From IMG/VR virus record IMGVR_UViG_3300011271_000006, positions 1 to 56,391 of that record: 56,391 nt of DNA; one strand, 5' to 3'. Origin of the DNA: a virus. Taxonomy: Duplodnaviria > Caudoviricetes. Below, one piece after another: positions 47,510 to 56,391 of the stretch (position 1 is its first letter; each line of letters begins with the position of its first letter). A model generated the notes under the pieces. It had not been told where the DNA came from. It searched no databases and saw nothing but the letters and a program-made list of their open reading frames with translations. Position numbers and translations under genes: made by a program.

Positions 47510-49083
47510 TAGAGTTGCGTCGTTATCAAGAAGAAGGTTTAAATGCTATTTGGGATTATTTTCAAAAAGGAAATAATGGCAATCCTGTTTTAGCTTGGCC
47601 AACAGGAACAGGTAAATCAATCGTTCCAGCTATTTTTATAAAACATATAATGAAAATTTGGCCAACACAAAGATTTTTATTATTAACTCATATTAAAGAA
47701 TTAATATCTCAAAATTCTCAAGTAATGAAATTAGTTTGGAATAATGTACCATTAGGATTATTCAGTGCAGGATTAAAAGAAAAAAATGCAGTGATGCCTG
47801 TAGTATTTGCAGGCATTCAAAGTGCTATAAGAAGTCCAAGTATCTTTGGGCATAGAGATATCATATTCATTGATGAAGCTCATTTAGTATCACAAGACGA
47901 AAGCTCTATGTACCTCACTTTCATCGCGACAATGAAATTGATTAACCCACAAATTAAGATTATAGGAATGTCCGCTACTCCATTCCGCATGGGTCAAGGT
48001 TATATAACTGATGGAGGACTTTTTACCGATATAGTTCATAACTTAACAGGCATCGAAGCATTCAATCGAATGATCGCAGAAGGCTATTTGTGTCCAATGA
48101 TACCACGACGAACGAAGATTGAATTAGATGTAAGTCAAGTTGGTATGGCAAAAGGCGATTTTATTGGTAGTCAATTACAAGATGCTGTAGATAAGAAAGA
48201 TATAACTTATAATGGCTTGAAAGAAGTTATCGCGAGTGGTGAAAATAGACGTTCTTGGTTAATTTTTGCATCAGGTATTGAACATGCTGAACATATTGCT
48301 GCTATGCTTAGTAGTTTCGGGATCGATTGTGCCGCTGTTCATAGTAGGCAACAACCTGAGTACAATGATAAGGCGATATTGGCTTTTAAAAACAATGAGC
48401 TACGTTCTATTGTTAATTATAGCAAGCTTACAACTGGTTTTAATCATATTTATATAGATTTAATCGCTGATTTTCGTCCAACAATGAGTATACCACTCCA
48501 CATACAGAAGTTAGGCAGAGGAACACGTCCCGCTTTGGGCAAAAGCGATTGTTTGGTCCTTGATTTTGCTCGTAATGTACCACGCTTAGGACCAATCAAT
48601 GATCCTATTATACCTCGCAAAAAAGGCGATAAACAAGGCGAAGCTCCTGTAAAGATATGCGATGCTTGCGGAACTTACAATCACATGCGAGTAAAGTTCT
48701 GTACTTATTGTGGGGAAGAATTTCACTTCAAGAATAAATTAGTTGCGAAATCTGGGACAGAAGAAATCTTGCGTTCTGATTTTCCTATTGTTGAAACCTA
48801 TGATGTAAGTAAAGTCAGCTATGTAAAAAAAGGTAAAAACGAAAAATCATACTTGCGAGCTACTTATTATTGTGGTATGCATATGTTTGGTGAGAATGTA
48901 TTTCCTGAACATGGTGGATATGCGACAAAGCTATTTCGTTCCTGGTGGCGGCAACGCCATACAATTGAACCGCCTAAAACTACTGATGAAGCTTTAGCAT
49001 TTATGAATGAGTTACGAACACCTAAGAAAATTCGCGTATGGGTGAACAGGCGGTATCCTGAGATATTGAATTGTGAGTATTGA
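47506..49083 (+). CDS. SF2 DEAH helicase (RadD/YejH-like) with Zn ribbon
   Basis: LRRYQ, PTGTGKS, DEAH, SATP, LTTGF, Q.LGRG.R, CxxC..CxxC. Confidence 0.93.
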   Translation: MIELRRYQEEGLNAIWDYFQKGNNGNPVLAWPTGTGKSIVPAIFIKHIMKIWPTQRFLLLTHIKELISQNSQVMKLVWNNVPLGLFSAGLKEKNAVMPVVFAGIQSAIRSPSIFGHRDIIFIDEAHLVSQDESSMYLTFIATMKLINPQIKIIGMSATPFRMGQGYITDGGLFTDIVHNLTGIEAFNRMIAEGYLCPMIPRRTKIELDVSQVGMAKGDFIGSQLQDAVDKKDITYNGLKEVIASGENRRSWLIFASGIEHAEHIAAMLSSFGIDCAAVHSRQQPEYNDKAILAFKNNELRSIVNYSKLTTGFNHIYIDLIADFRPTMSIPLHIQKLGRGTRPALGKSDCLVLDFARNVPRLGPINDPIIPRKKGDKQGEAPVKICDACGTYNHMRVKFCTYCGEEFHFKNKLVAKSGTEEILRSDFPIVETYDVSKVSYVKKGKNEKSYLRATYYCGMHMFGENVFPEHGGYATKLFRSWWRQRHTIEPPKTTDEALAFMNELRTPKKIRVWVNRRYPEILNCEY

Positions 49084-49376
49084 GAATGTCTTTACCAAAA
49101 ACTTTATCATTTGAAAGAATTGAACGAGGAGCTAAAGTGATAGCTCTTTATCTTAAATTAACTAAAGATTTATCATTAAATGTAAAATGCTATTATTTAG
49201 TAGGAAGTGATGAAATAGTATTACACATAATTTATAATGATAAATATTATAAAAGATTAATTTTATATAAAGAATTGTTAATGGATATAGATGATTTTCA
49301 AGAACAAATCACTATACCATTCCTAAAAGAATTAATGCCGAACGAATTAAAATTTATTTATCAAGATTGTTCATGA
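49080..49376 (+). CDS. Hypothetical protein
   Basis: 98-aa ORF. Confidence 0.5.
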   Translation: MRMSLPKTLSFERIERGAKVIALYLKLTKDLSLNVKCYYLVGSDEIVLHIIYNDKYYKRLILYKELLMDIDDFQEQITIPFLKELMPNELKFIYQDCS

Positions 49377-49609
49377 ACATTAAACCTTCACTTCGTTATG
49401 AAACTATTCTTGAGCTTAAAGCATCAATGAATAATGCTTTAACAAGAGCATTAGAAAATGAGCATCATTATCCATATCGAAATTGTCTTAGTTGTAGTCA
49501 TTTTACTGAGGCTAAAGAACTATGCAATTATTGGCAAGCTAAGCCTCCGGTAAGAGTTTTGGTATATGGCTGTGAGAAACATAACGATATAAGCGATATT
49601 CCTTTTTAA
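49367..49609 (+). CDS. Small Cys-rich hypothetical protein
   Basis: C..C.HF......C......PP..V...GC, ending DIPF. Confidence 0.65.
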   Translation: MFMNIKPSLRYETILELKASMNNALTRALENEHHYPYRNCLSCSHFTEAKELCNYWQAKPPVRVLVYGCEKHNDISDIPF

Positions 49610-49611
49610 TT

Positions 49612-49797
49612 ATGGTTAAATATAATTCACAAACACCATTATTTAATGAAGCTAAGAAAAAAACTCGCGATGATATGGCTGAAGTATATAAAACAATTCA
49701 AAAAGATAATCATGCTTTAGCTAGACTACTTTATAAAAAAATGAAGTGGTGCGAAACAGAATTAATAAATAAAATAATTAATGGCGAAATTCTATAA
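49612..49797 (+). CDS. Hypothetical protein
   Basis: 61-aa ORF. Confidence 0.5.
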   Translation: MVKYNSQTPLFNEAKKKTRDDMAEVYKTIQKDNHALARLLYKKMKWCETELINKIINGEIL

Positions 49798-50805
49798 ATG
49801 CCGCGTCCTCGTAAAGTTAAACTTACTGAAGTCAAATCATCTAGTTTCCTAGACGCTCTTAAATTTCTATCTTTGATCACTAAGGAACAAGGATCGCCCA
49901 ATGAGACGCATATCTATCTAAGCTCTAAATGGGCATTCTGTTTCAATGGTACAATCTCTGCTGCTACTCCAATCACCGAAGATATTAATTGTTGTCCTAA
50001 TAATTCGCTAATTATTGAGGCTTTATCCAAGTGCAAAAATGGTTATTCATTCAATTTAAATGAAAACAAACTTTCACTTAAATCAGATAAATTTAAAGCC
50101 TTCATTCCTTGTATTGACCCCACAATTTATCAATTAACTGTTCCTGATCCTCCTACACTTCCAATTGATGATCGTTTTCGTTTGGCTATTGAAGCTGTAA
50201 ATGTATTTCCACATATGGAAAGCTCAGAAAGTATTGTATTGCTTTCAATTTTAATGAATGGGCAAACTGTTGTGGGAAGTGATAGTAAGGTTATATTTGA
50301 ATATTGGCATGGATTAGAATTACCATTAGGATTATCAATTCCTAAGACATTCGCAAGTGCATTTATTAAGATAACAAAGAAATTAATCAAATTTGGCTAT
50401 TCACAGTCAAGCGTAACATTCTATTATGAAGATCAAAGTTGGATTAAAACTCAACTTCATGCTAAACTTTGGCCTGATATATCAGCGATCTTGAATAAGA
50501 CTAGTAATCCTTATCCACTTCCGGCCGACTTTTTTGATGCTCTTGTCGCTGTTGCCCCATTCAGCCAAAATGGACAGGTCTACTTTGATGCTGGAACCAT
50601 GCGCAGTCACTCAGAAACAGGGGTAGGAGCGAGTTTCGAGGTAGTGGGGCTACCACGAGGTCCAGTCTTCCCTGCGAAGCAACTGGCGCTCCTGAAGCCT
50701 TGGGCTGAGACCGTCGATTTCCTCGTACCAGGACCACACCAGGGATCAACAATGTTACTTGCCTATGGTTCTAAGATGCGGGGAGCGATTGCAGGACGAT
50801 CATGA
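49798..50805 (+). CDS. Sliding clamp (DNA Pol III beta-like)
   Basis: 335 aa with a three-domain beta/alpha pattern, WIKTQL....WPDI..IL; upstream of PolB. Confidence 0.6.
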   Translation: MPRPRKVKLTEVKSSSFLDALKFLSLITKEQGSPNETHIYLSSKWAFCFNGTISAATPITEDINCCPNNSLIIEALSKCKNGYSFNLNENKLSLKSDKFKAFIPCIDPTIYQLTVPDPPTLPIDDRFRLAIEAVNVFPHMESSESIVLLSILMNGQTVVGSDSKVIFEYWHGLELPLGLSIPKTFASAFIKITKKLIKFGYSQSSVTFYYEDQSWIKTQLHAKLWPDISAILNKTSNPYPLPADFFDALVAVAPFSQNGQVYFDAGTMRSHSETGVGASFEVVGLPRGPVFPAKQLALLKPWAETVDFLVPGPHQGSTMLLAYGSKMRGAIAGRS

Positions 50806-50999
50806 AACTTAACCTTGATCTAAGCACACGAGAAAATATCGAAGAAGCAGTCGCACATGTTTTAACAATGTCTGAATTTCCTAATATTATAAAACAATAT
50901 CAAGATTTATATAAAGTAATTGGTGATATGGATATTGAAACTACAATAGCACTTGCAATTTTAGCTTATGCAATTGAAGTTAAAGATGAATTAAATTAA
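50802..50999 (+). CDS. Hypothetical protein
   Basis: 65 aa, coupled. Confidence 0.5.
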   Translation: MKLNLDLSTRENIEEAVAHVLTMSEFPNIIKQYQDLYKVIGDMDIETTIALAILAYAIEVKDELN

Positions 51000-52919
51000 A
51001 TGCTTGACGAATTAGGCTTCATAACAACTGAAAAAAAAGTTCAATTAAAGCCTTATGTTGCAAGGCAATCTAAAATCTATGAATTAATGAATGATCAAGA
51101 AATACAAATAGGAGCGGGAGGAACGCTAATATTAGATACTGAAACCTACATCAATTATTTTATCATTGCATTCAAAGATATTAAAACAGGTAAGATTATT
51201 AGATTTGAATTAAATAATCAATTTGATAAACTAAAGCTATCATGGATAATGCATAGTTACCGTATTGTAGGATTTAATAGTATAAAATATGATCTTCCTT
51301 TGATTTGGCTCAGTTATGCTCATCAGAATATTAAAATGCTGAAGGAAGCTTCTGATGTTTTAATATTTGATAATATTTTTCCTAATGAACTTCAAAGACA
51401 ATTTAATTTCCAAATTCATAAAACTAATCATATTGATCTTATTGAAGTATGCCCACTAAAAGGGAGCTTGAAACTTTATGCCGCTCGTCTTCATTCTAAA
51501 CGTATCCAGGATTTACCTTTCGATATCAGTAAACCTCTGACTAAAGAACAAATTGAAATAGTTGCTGATTATAATCTTAATGATCTTGATGCAACAGAAT
51601 TGATATTTAATTTCTCCAAAGAACGTCTTGATTTGCGTCAAGTAATAAGCATAGAATATAAACAAGATTTAATGAGTAAATCTGATGCACAAATTGCAGA
51701 AGCAGTCATATCGAGTGAAGTTCAAAAGATTAATGGGCGATATCCTAAGCGGCCTATTATATCTCCTGGAACTACTTATAACTATAATATGCCGCATTAC
51801 ATTGACTATCAAATATTTGTTCTCAAGAAGCTCAAAGAAGAAATCAGCAATGCTAAATTTATAGTCAATCAGTATGGAAGGATTGATCTTCCAAAAGCAT
51901 TAACAGAAACATCAATCAATATCAATAAATCAGCTTATAGACTTGGTATAGGAGGTTTACATAGCTTTGAAAAGAACGTTTCATATATCGCTACTGAACA
52001 AAATTTAATTATTGACCGCGATGTTTCTTCTTATTATCCTACCATTATTCTTAATCAAGGCTTATATCCCTTACATATGGGGAAAGCTTTTATCGAAGTC
52101 TACAAAGGAATAGTTCAACGTCGATTAATAGCTAAAAAGAATAAACAATATACAATAGATAAAGGATTAAAAATTGCTATTAACGGTTCATTTGGAAAAT
52201 TAGGTTCTATGTGGTCAATTCTTTATTCTCCTGATCTTATGATACAAATCACAATAACAGGTCAATTAACTTTGTTAATGCTTATTGAAATGATTGAGTT
52301 AGCAGAAATTCAAGTAATTTCAGCTAACACAGATGGTATAGTTATTCTATGTTCTAGCGATCGCGAGGCTGATTTAGAAAAAATTATTAAAAAATGGGAA
52401 AATTTGACAGGATTTTCTACAGAAGAAACTCGATATAAAGCCTACTATGCTCGTGATGTTAATGCATATTTTGCTGTGAAAATGAATAATGAAATCAAAG
52501 TTAAAGGACCATATTCAGAGATAGGATCACAATCAGGAACTCAACTTGATAATAATCCTGCTTCATTGATATGTTCAGATGCAATAAAAAAACTCTTAGG
52601 TGAGAATATTCCGATTGAAAAAACTATTCAAGAATGTCGAAACTTAGAGCGCTTCGTAACTGTACGTAACGTCAAAGGTGGAGCGCATAAGGATCAACAT
52701 TATTTGGGAAAAGTTATTCGCTTCTATTATGCTAAAAATATTGTAGGTACAATTAATTATATCTTATCAGGAAATAAAGTACCTGATACAGAAGGCGCAA
52801 AACCAACTATGGATATGCCTGAACAATTCCCTGATGATATTAATTATCGGTGGTACATTGATAAGACAAATGAAATTTTATACGAAATAGGTTATTATAA
52901 GGAAACTAAGTTTTTTTAA
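51000..52919 (+). CDS. DNA polymerase, family B
   Basis: Exonuclease motifs DTETY, FN...YD, YN.ND; polymerase motifs DVSSYYP, K..IN.SFGK, NTDG. Confidence 0.92.
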   Translation: MLDELGFITTEKKVQLKPYVARQSKIYELMNDQEIQIGAGGTLILDTETYINYFIIAFKDIKTGKIIRFELNNQFDKLKLSWIMHSYRIVGFNSIKYDLPLIWLSYAHQNIKMLKEASDVLIFDNIFPNELQRQFNFQIHKTNHIDLIEVCPLKGSLKLYAARLHSKRIQDLPFDISKPLTKEQIEIVADYNLNDLDATELIFNFSKERLDLRQVISIEYKQDLMSKSDAQIAEAVISSEVQKINGRYPKRPIISPGTTYNYNMPHYIDYQIFVLKKLKEEISNAKFIVNQYGRIDLPKALTETSININKSAYRLGIGGLHSFEKNVSYIATEQNLIIDRDVSSYYPTIILNQGLYPLHMGKAFIEVYKGIVQRRLIAKKNKQYTIDKGLKIAINGSFGKLGSMWSILYSPDLMIQITITGQLTLLMLIEMIELAEIQVISANTDGIVILCSSDREADLEKIIKKWENLTGFSTEETRYKAYYARDVNAYFAVKMNNEIKVKGPYSEIGSQSGTQLDNNPASLICSDAIKKLLGENIPIEKTIQECRNLERFVTVRNVKGGAHKDQHYLGKVIRFYYAKNIVGTINYILSGNKVPDTEGAKPTMDMPEQFPDDINYRWYIDKTNEILYEIGYYKETKFF

Positions 52920-52920
52920 A

Positions 52921-53181
52921 TCACTTAACAAAACCTTTTCCATGTTTTAATTCTTTAACATCATCTTCAATACGAGAAATTCGAGTATCTTGAACAGCAA
53001 CTTCAGTTAAAATACTACCAAGCTTATCAAATGAATTATTTAATATCTTTAGATTTTCGTTCATTCCATCCATTTGAACTTTTAAAACTCTTACATCAGA
53101 TTTAATCATAATAATAAATACTATTCCAGCAGCTAAATAGCCAACAATTTGAGCAATTTGTAATATAGTTGAAAATTCCAT
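52921..53181 (-). CDS. Lysis-module membrane protein (TM plus coiled coil)
   Basis: N-terminal hydrophobic helix and heptad tail. Confidence 0.6.
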   Translation of the reverse strand: MEFSTILQIAQIVGYLAAGIVFIIMIKSDVRVLKVQMDGMNENLKILNNSFDKLGSILTEVAVQDTRISRIEDDVKELKHGKGFVK

Positions 53182-53321
53182 CTTATTATTTTCTTTCTAA
53201 GAACTTCAATATGTTTATCTGAAATAAAACCCAACCGGCGGAAGCTGCTGACATAGCTAAATCGCCGGTTAGAATAATATTAACCCAACTTTAATTGTAG
53301 GCCATTAAGCTTGGTAGGCAA

Positions 53322-53579
53322 TTAAACAATTCCTAGTGTAGTTCTAATCAAGCTAATACCTTGTTCAATTGCTGTTTCAGTCTTAGGTCCAAGCCAACCA
53401 TCTTCTATAAGTGGTGGATTAAGATTAAGGACTTTATTCAATAAAGCTTGAAGGTCTTTAATCGCTTGAGAAGGATGCGGTACAGTAGTATTATTTGACG
53501 GTAATGTTGGTGTTTTCCAATTGTTAGCAGCATAATTAAGAAATGAAAGAATAGCTTGACCAAATGTTATAAGGTCCAT
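53322..53579 (-). CDS. Stand-alone peptidoglycan-binding domain protein
   Basis: IKDLQALLN.....L.EDG.LGPKT..AI. Confidence 0.75.
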   Translation of the reverse strand: MDLITFGQAILSFLNYAANNWKTPTLPSNNTTVPHPSQAIKDLQALLNKVLNLNPPLIEDGWLGPKTETAIEQGISLIRTTLGIV

Positions 53580-53591
53580 AATATCACCTAT

Positions 53592-53900
53592 TTAAATTGT
53601 AGGAGGAGTAGCATTTTCTTTTGCCACTTTTGCAAGATCAGGATCAAGAATAGTAATTGTATTTCCCTTAACTTCTGTTGCATTCATTTTAGCAACTGAT
53701 GCGATAGTGTTGGCTTGAGTATGAATATAAATACCCCAAGCAACAGGAGCGATCATAAGAAGTCCACCAGCTATAGGTTGCCATTGTGCTCCCGTGATTA
53801 ATCCATAGGTAGTCAAAAATGTACCAATAATTTGTAATGCATCACGAACAATACTCATAAATTGATCTGAGTTCATTTTATCCGTCCTTTCATTAGACAA
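53592..53900 (-). CDS. Putative holin
   Basis: Two TM segments, directly downstream of the endolysin gene. Confidence 0.65.
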   Translation of the reverse strand: MSNERTDKMNSDQFMSIVRDALQIIGTFLTTYGLITGAQWQPIAGGLLMIAPVAWGIYIHTQANTIASVAKMNATEVKGNTITILDPDLAKVAKENATPPTI

Positions 53901-54867
53901 TTTCCAATTTAACTTTAGTTAATCCTTCATCTTCTTCAGTTTCAGGATCAGAAGCTATACCTAAAGCTACTGCTCCTGCAAAAGTCAAATCAATAATTCG
54001 ACCGTGAACAAAAGGACCACGATCATTAATAGTTACAACTATTGACTTGTTATTATCTTCTCTTGTTACTTTAACTTTAGTCCCAAACGGTAATGTTTTA
54101 TGAGCAGCTTTTAGTAAATCGGATCTAAAAGGTTCACCACTTGCTGTTTCACTATCGTCATACCAACTCGCTATTCCTTCTTCAAATATTTTTGGCTTAT
54201 CTACTTCTTGATCGTTTGCCCATTCCTTCATTAATTGTTCATCACTTCCATCATAGTGACTGATATCCAATCCACCAGCAATTTGAATTCCTGGTATTTT
54301 GTGAGGGATTGGTCCCAGACCATCGCCGGTATATTGCCAAAGCCAATATTTAGACCAAGAGCGTTGCACAACAGGCTTAGTAGTATATTGGGCGAGCCAT
54401 AAACGTCTTGCTCCCCACCAAGTATCAATCTTATTACCTAAATCTTCTTTGATGGTATGACCAGTATATAAAACAATCTTTCGACCAATTCTTAATTCAC
54501 AGTGTTCAGCAAATTGTTTACATTCGTCTATTGAAACATTATCAACTTCAAAATCAAGTGAAATTAAAGTATGATTATCAGGAGCAGCAACAGTTAAAAA
54601 GAACTCTGCTTGTGAAATCATATCACCAGGGCGAATAAAATGATAAGCTCCCCACAATAGACCAGCAGCTTTAGCTAATGTTCGTCTTTGTGTATAATAA
54701 TTATCAATAATACCTAATCCTTCACTTGATTTGTGAATTACTCCTACAATACCAGCTTTGCGAACATCTTGAAAGCCACCACCAATAAGACGATCATAGT
54801 GTGAAATATCTATAACTTTAGGATTAATTTGCATCTTATTTTTCTCTAATCTTTGTTTGAAATCCAT
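53893..54867 (-). CDS. Endolysin: GH25 muramidase plus RlpA-like DPBB domain
   Basis: VIDISHY, K.SEG, GAYHF, LDFE, WLAQY, LWQYT; then GIASWY..TASGE, AAHKTLPFGT, INDRGPF..GRIIDL. Confidence 0.9.
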   Translation of the reverse strand: MDFKQRLEKNKMQINPKVIDISHYDRLIGGGFQDVRKAGIVGVIHKSSEGLGIIDNYYTQRRTLAKAAGLLWGAYHFIRPGDMISQAEFFLTVAAPDNHTLISLDFEVDNVSIDECKQFAEHCELRIGRKIVLYTGHTIKEDLGNKIDTWWGARRLWLAQYTTKPVVQRSWSKYWLWQYTGDGLGPIPHKIPGIQIAGGLDISHYDGSDEQLMKEWANDQEVDKPKIFEEGIASWYDDSETASGEPFRSDLLKAAHKTLPFGTKVKVTREDNNKSIVVTINDRGPFVHGRIIDLTFAGAVALGIASDPETEEDEGLTKVKLEIV

Positions 54868-55000
54868 TTTCTATCAAAGTAAACATATTTTCCATCAGGA
54901 CTATAACCAATAAATCGCCAACCAAGATCAGTATAAGTTTTTATTGTAGTTAAATCATTAAAAGTCCATTCTACTAAAACTAGAATAACATCATATTTAA

Positions 55001-56391
55001 TCATTGATTTATTGCACGTTTAATATTTTCAATTTCAATTCGTAGATTATCGTTATCAGCTTTTAAATATTTAAATGCTGCTGTTAAAGCCGCTGTGTAT
55101 TGCTCGTAACGAAAGCCTGCTAAACTTCCATCATGATTATGAGCAACAATAGGTTTAGCAATATCAATCTTGTCAGCAAAATCAGCTATAAATCCTATTT
55201 GTTCATCAGCAACCCAAGTTGCTAAATCTTTTTTCATTGTATATCGCCATGGTTCCATCGCCATGACAATATCAAATCCTTCTTTAGGAGTAAGAGGCGA
55301 TTTCAAATCTTTTGCACTAAGTAGCGATACAGTGCATGTTCCAATTGTTCCATCGAAAGTTAAAACAAATGTACTTGTATTATAACAAACAGCGCTCGTC
55401 GTTGCAGCATTAGCCATTGCAGCAACTTTCAATGTTGTGTTTACATAAACACTTCCCGTTCCTTGAGGAACAAGTTTCAGATCAATGTTAGTATCAGAAC
55501 CGGCAGCACTTATCAATGGGGGATTGCCGGTTGCTGCTGATCCAAATGTAGGATAGTTAACTGCGCTCGCTACAGGAACAAATTGTGCTAAATTAGCAGC
55601 ACCACCAGCCGATAGAAGACTAATATTTGCAACACCTTTAGTCTCTAAAAAGTATCCAACATTAGCATCAGCACCAGTAGCTTGAATAATTGGATAATTT
55701 CCAGCAATATTACTGGAAATTTGCATATAATTAACACGATTAGCAGCGCTAATAATTTGCATTGCTGTTGATGTACCGGGACCACCGAATGTCCAAATAC
55801 TATTATTTTCATTTAATGTACCAGTCCCATTACCCCAATTAATTGTTGTATTGTCAGCAAGATTTAAAGCTGAAAATCCTAATGAGGTTGTTCCTAATGG
55901 AACTGTATTATTGGCACTTGGATTAAGTGATGTTATAATTGATAGAGCATTTATAGAAACAGCACCAGTATTAGAAACAGTCATTTGGTTGCTAGTACCG
56001 ATTTTTGCACTATCAGCACCTAATGCCCATTTGTTAGTTAATGTAATATTTGTGCCAGCTATAGGATCAATAAAATAAGAACCAAAATAATTAGTAAAAG
56101 TAGTTGCTAATGACGCTGCTATCGTATTTGCTCCCCATACATCAGTATAAGCCGTCGCTACTGTTCCGCTAGAAGATGTATCAGTTAATGTAGCAGCTAT
56201 GTTTTTATATCGAACACCATTTGTAGTCCAAGCTGCACTTGATATATTACCGCTTAATCCAAAACTAGCCGCTGATATAACAGTAGCACCAGCAAATTTT
56301 ACGCTTCCTGTTGTACAAAGTACATCACTACCAATAGTGCATCCACCTATAGCTAATGATGTTCCGGTAGCAACACCTAATGCAGGAGTAA
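55001..56391 (-). CDS. Tail fibre, 3' part, with a C-terminal intramolecular chaperone (peptidase S74-like)
   Basis: The frame is open from 56391 to 55001. S...K, EP.RY, IGFIAD and Y....A.L..A.K.L coiled-coil motifs are present. Confidence 0.85.
   Translation of the reverse strand, partial: TPALGVATGTSLAIGGCTIGSDVLCTTGSVKFAGATVISAASFGLSGNISSAAWTTNGVRYKNIAATLTDTSSSGTVATAYTDVWGANTIAASLATTFTNYFGSYFIDPIAGTNITLTNKWALGADSAKIGTSNQMTVSNTGAVSINALSIITSLNPSANNTVPLGTTSLGFSALNLADNTTINWGNGTGTLNENNSIWTFGGPGTSTAMQIISAANRVNYMQISSNIAGNYPIIQATGADANVGYFLETKGVANISLLSAGGAANLAQFVPVASAVNYPTFGSAATGNPPLISAAGSDTNIDLKLVPQGTGSVYVNTTLKVAAMANAATTSAVCYNTSTFVLTFDGTIGTCTVSLLSAKDLKSPLTPKEGFDIVMAMEPWRYTMKKDLATWVADEQIGFIADFADKIDIAKPIVAHNHDGSLAGFRYEQYTAALTAAFKYLKADNDNLRIEIENIKRAINQ
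56269..56391. repeat. Terminal direct repeat, right copy
   Basis: Identical to 1-123. Confidence 0.97.

Noticed and set aside
56269-56391. 123-bp repeat as a biological direct terminal repeat
   Set aside because: It falls in the middle of the tail fibre CDS, so it is best explained as an assembly overlap of a circularly permuted genome
55001-56391. Diversity-generating retroelement or invertible tail-fibre switch
   Set aside because: No reverse transcriptase, invertase or template/variable repeat pair was seen

Overview
The window appears to be a complete, circularly permuted, AT-rich podovirus genome with P22-like head and tail genes. Positions 1-123 repeat exactly at 56269-56391, giving a unit length of 56,268 bp. 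The host is probably an alphaproteobacterium, based on a GcrA-like HTH protein and apparent GANTC scarcity. The minus strand carries the terminase, portal, scaffold, coat, gp4/gp10-like tail and ejection proteins, a ~1412-aa tail fibre that crosses the window ends and was mostly missed by the ORF track, the lysis cassette, many small early genes, tRNA-Leu(UAA) and an intein-containing primase-helicase. The plus strand from ~40 to 53 kb carries a Sak4-like ATPase, SSB, Cas4-like exonuclease, SF2 helicase, sliding clamp and family B polymerase. I saw no integrase, CI-type repressor or CRISPR array. The best candidate for a new system is a possible periplasmic virion-maturation or glycosylation pathway: the tail fibre and two small proteins have Sec-type signal peptides cleaving before Gln plus paired cysteines, and an O-antigen-ligase/O-oligosaccharyltransferase-like gene lies among them. 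Other notable items are a polyvalent-protein gene split by a homing endonuclease with Cys-bearing ends, a GIY-YIG cassette that duplicated and recoded its target's 3' end, an unannotated HiPIP-like ORF, anti-defence sponge candidates, a GH25+RlpA endolysin and an IHF-site-rich non-coding region. All family calls come from motif recognition by eye; no searches were run.
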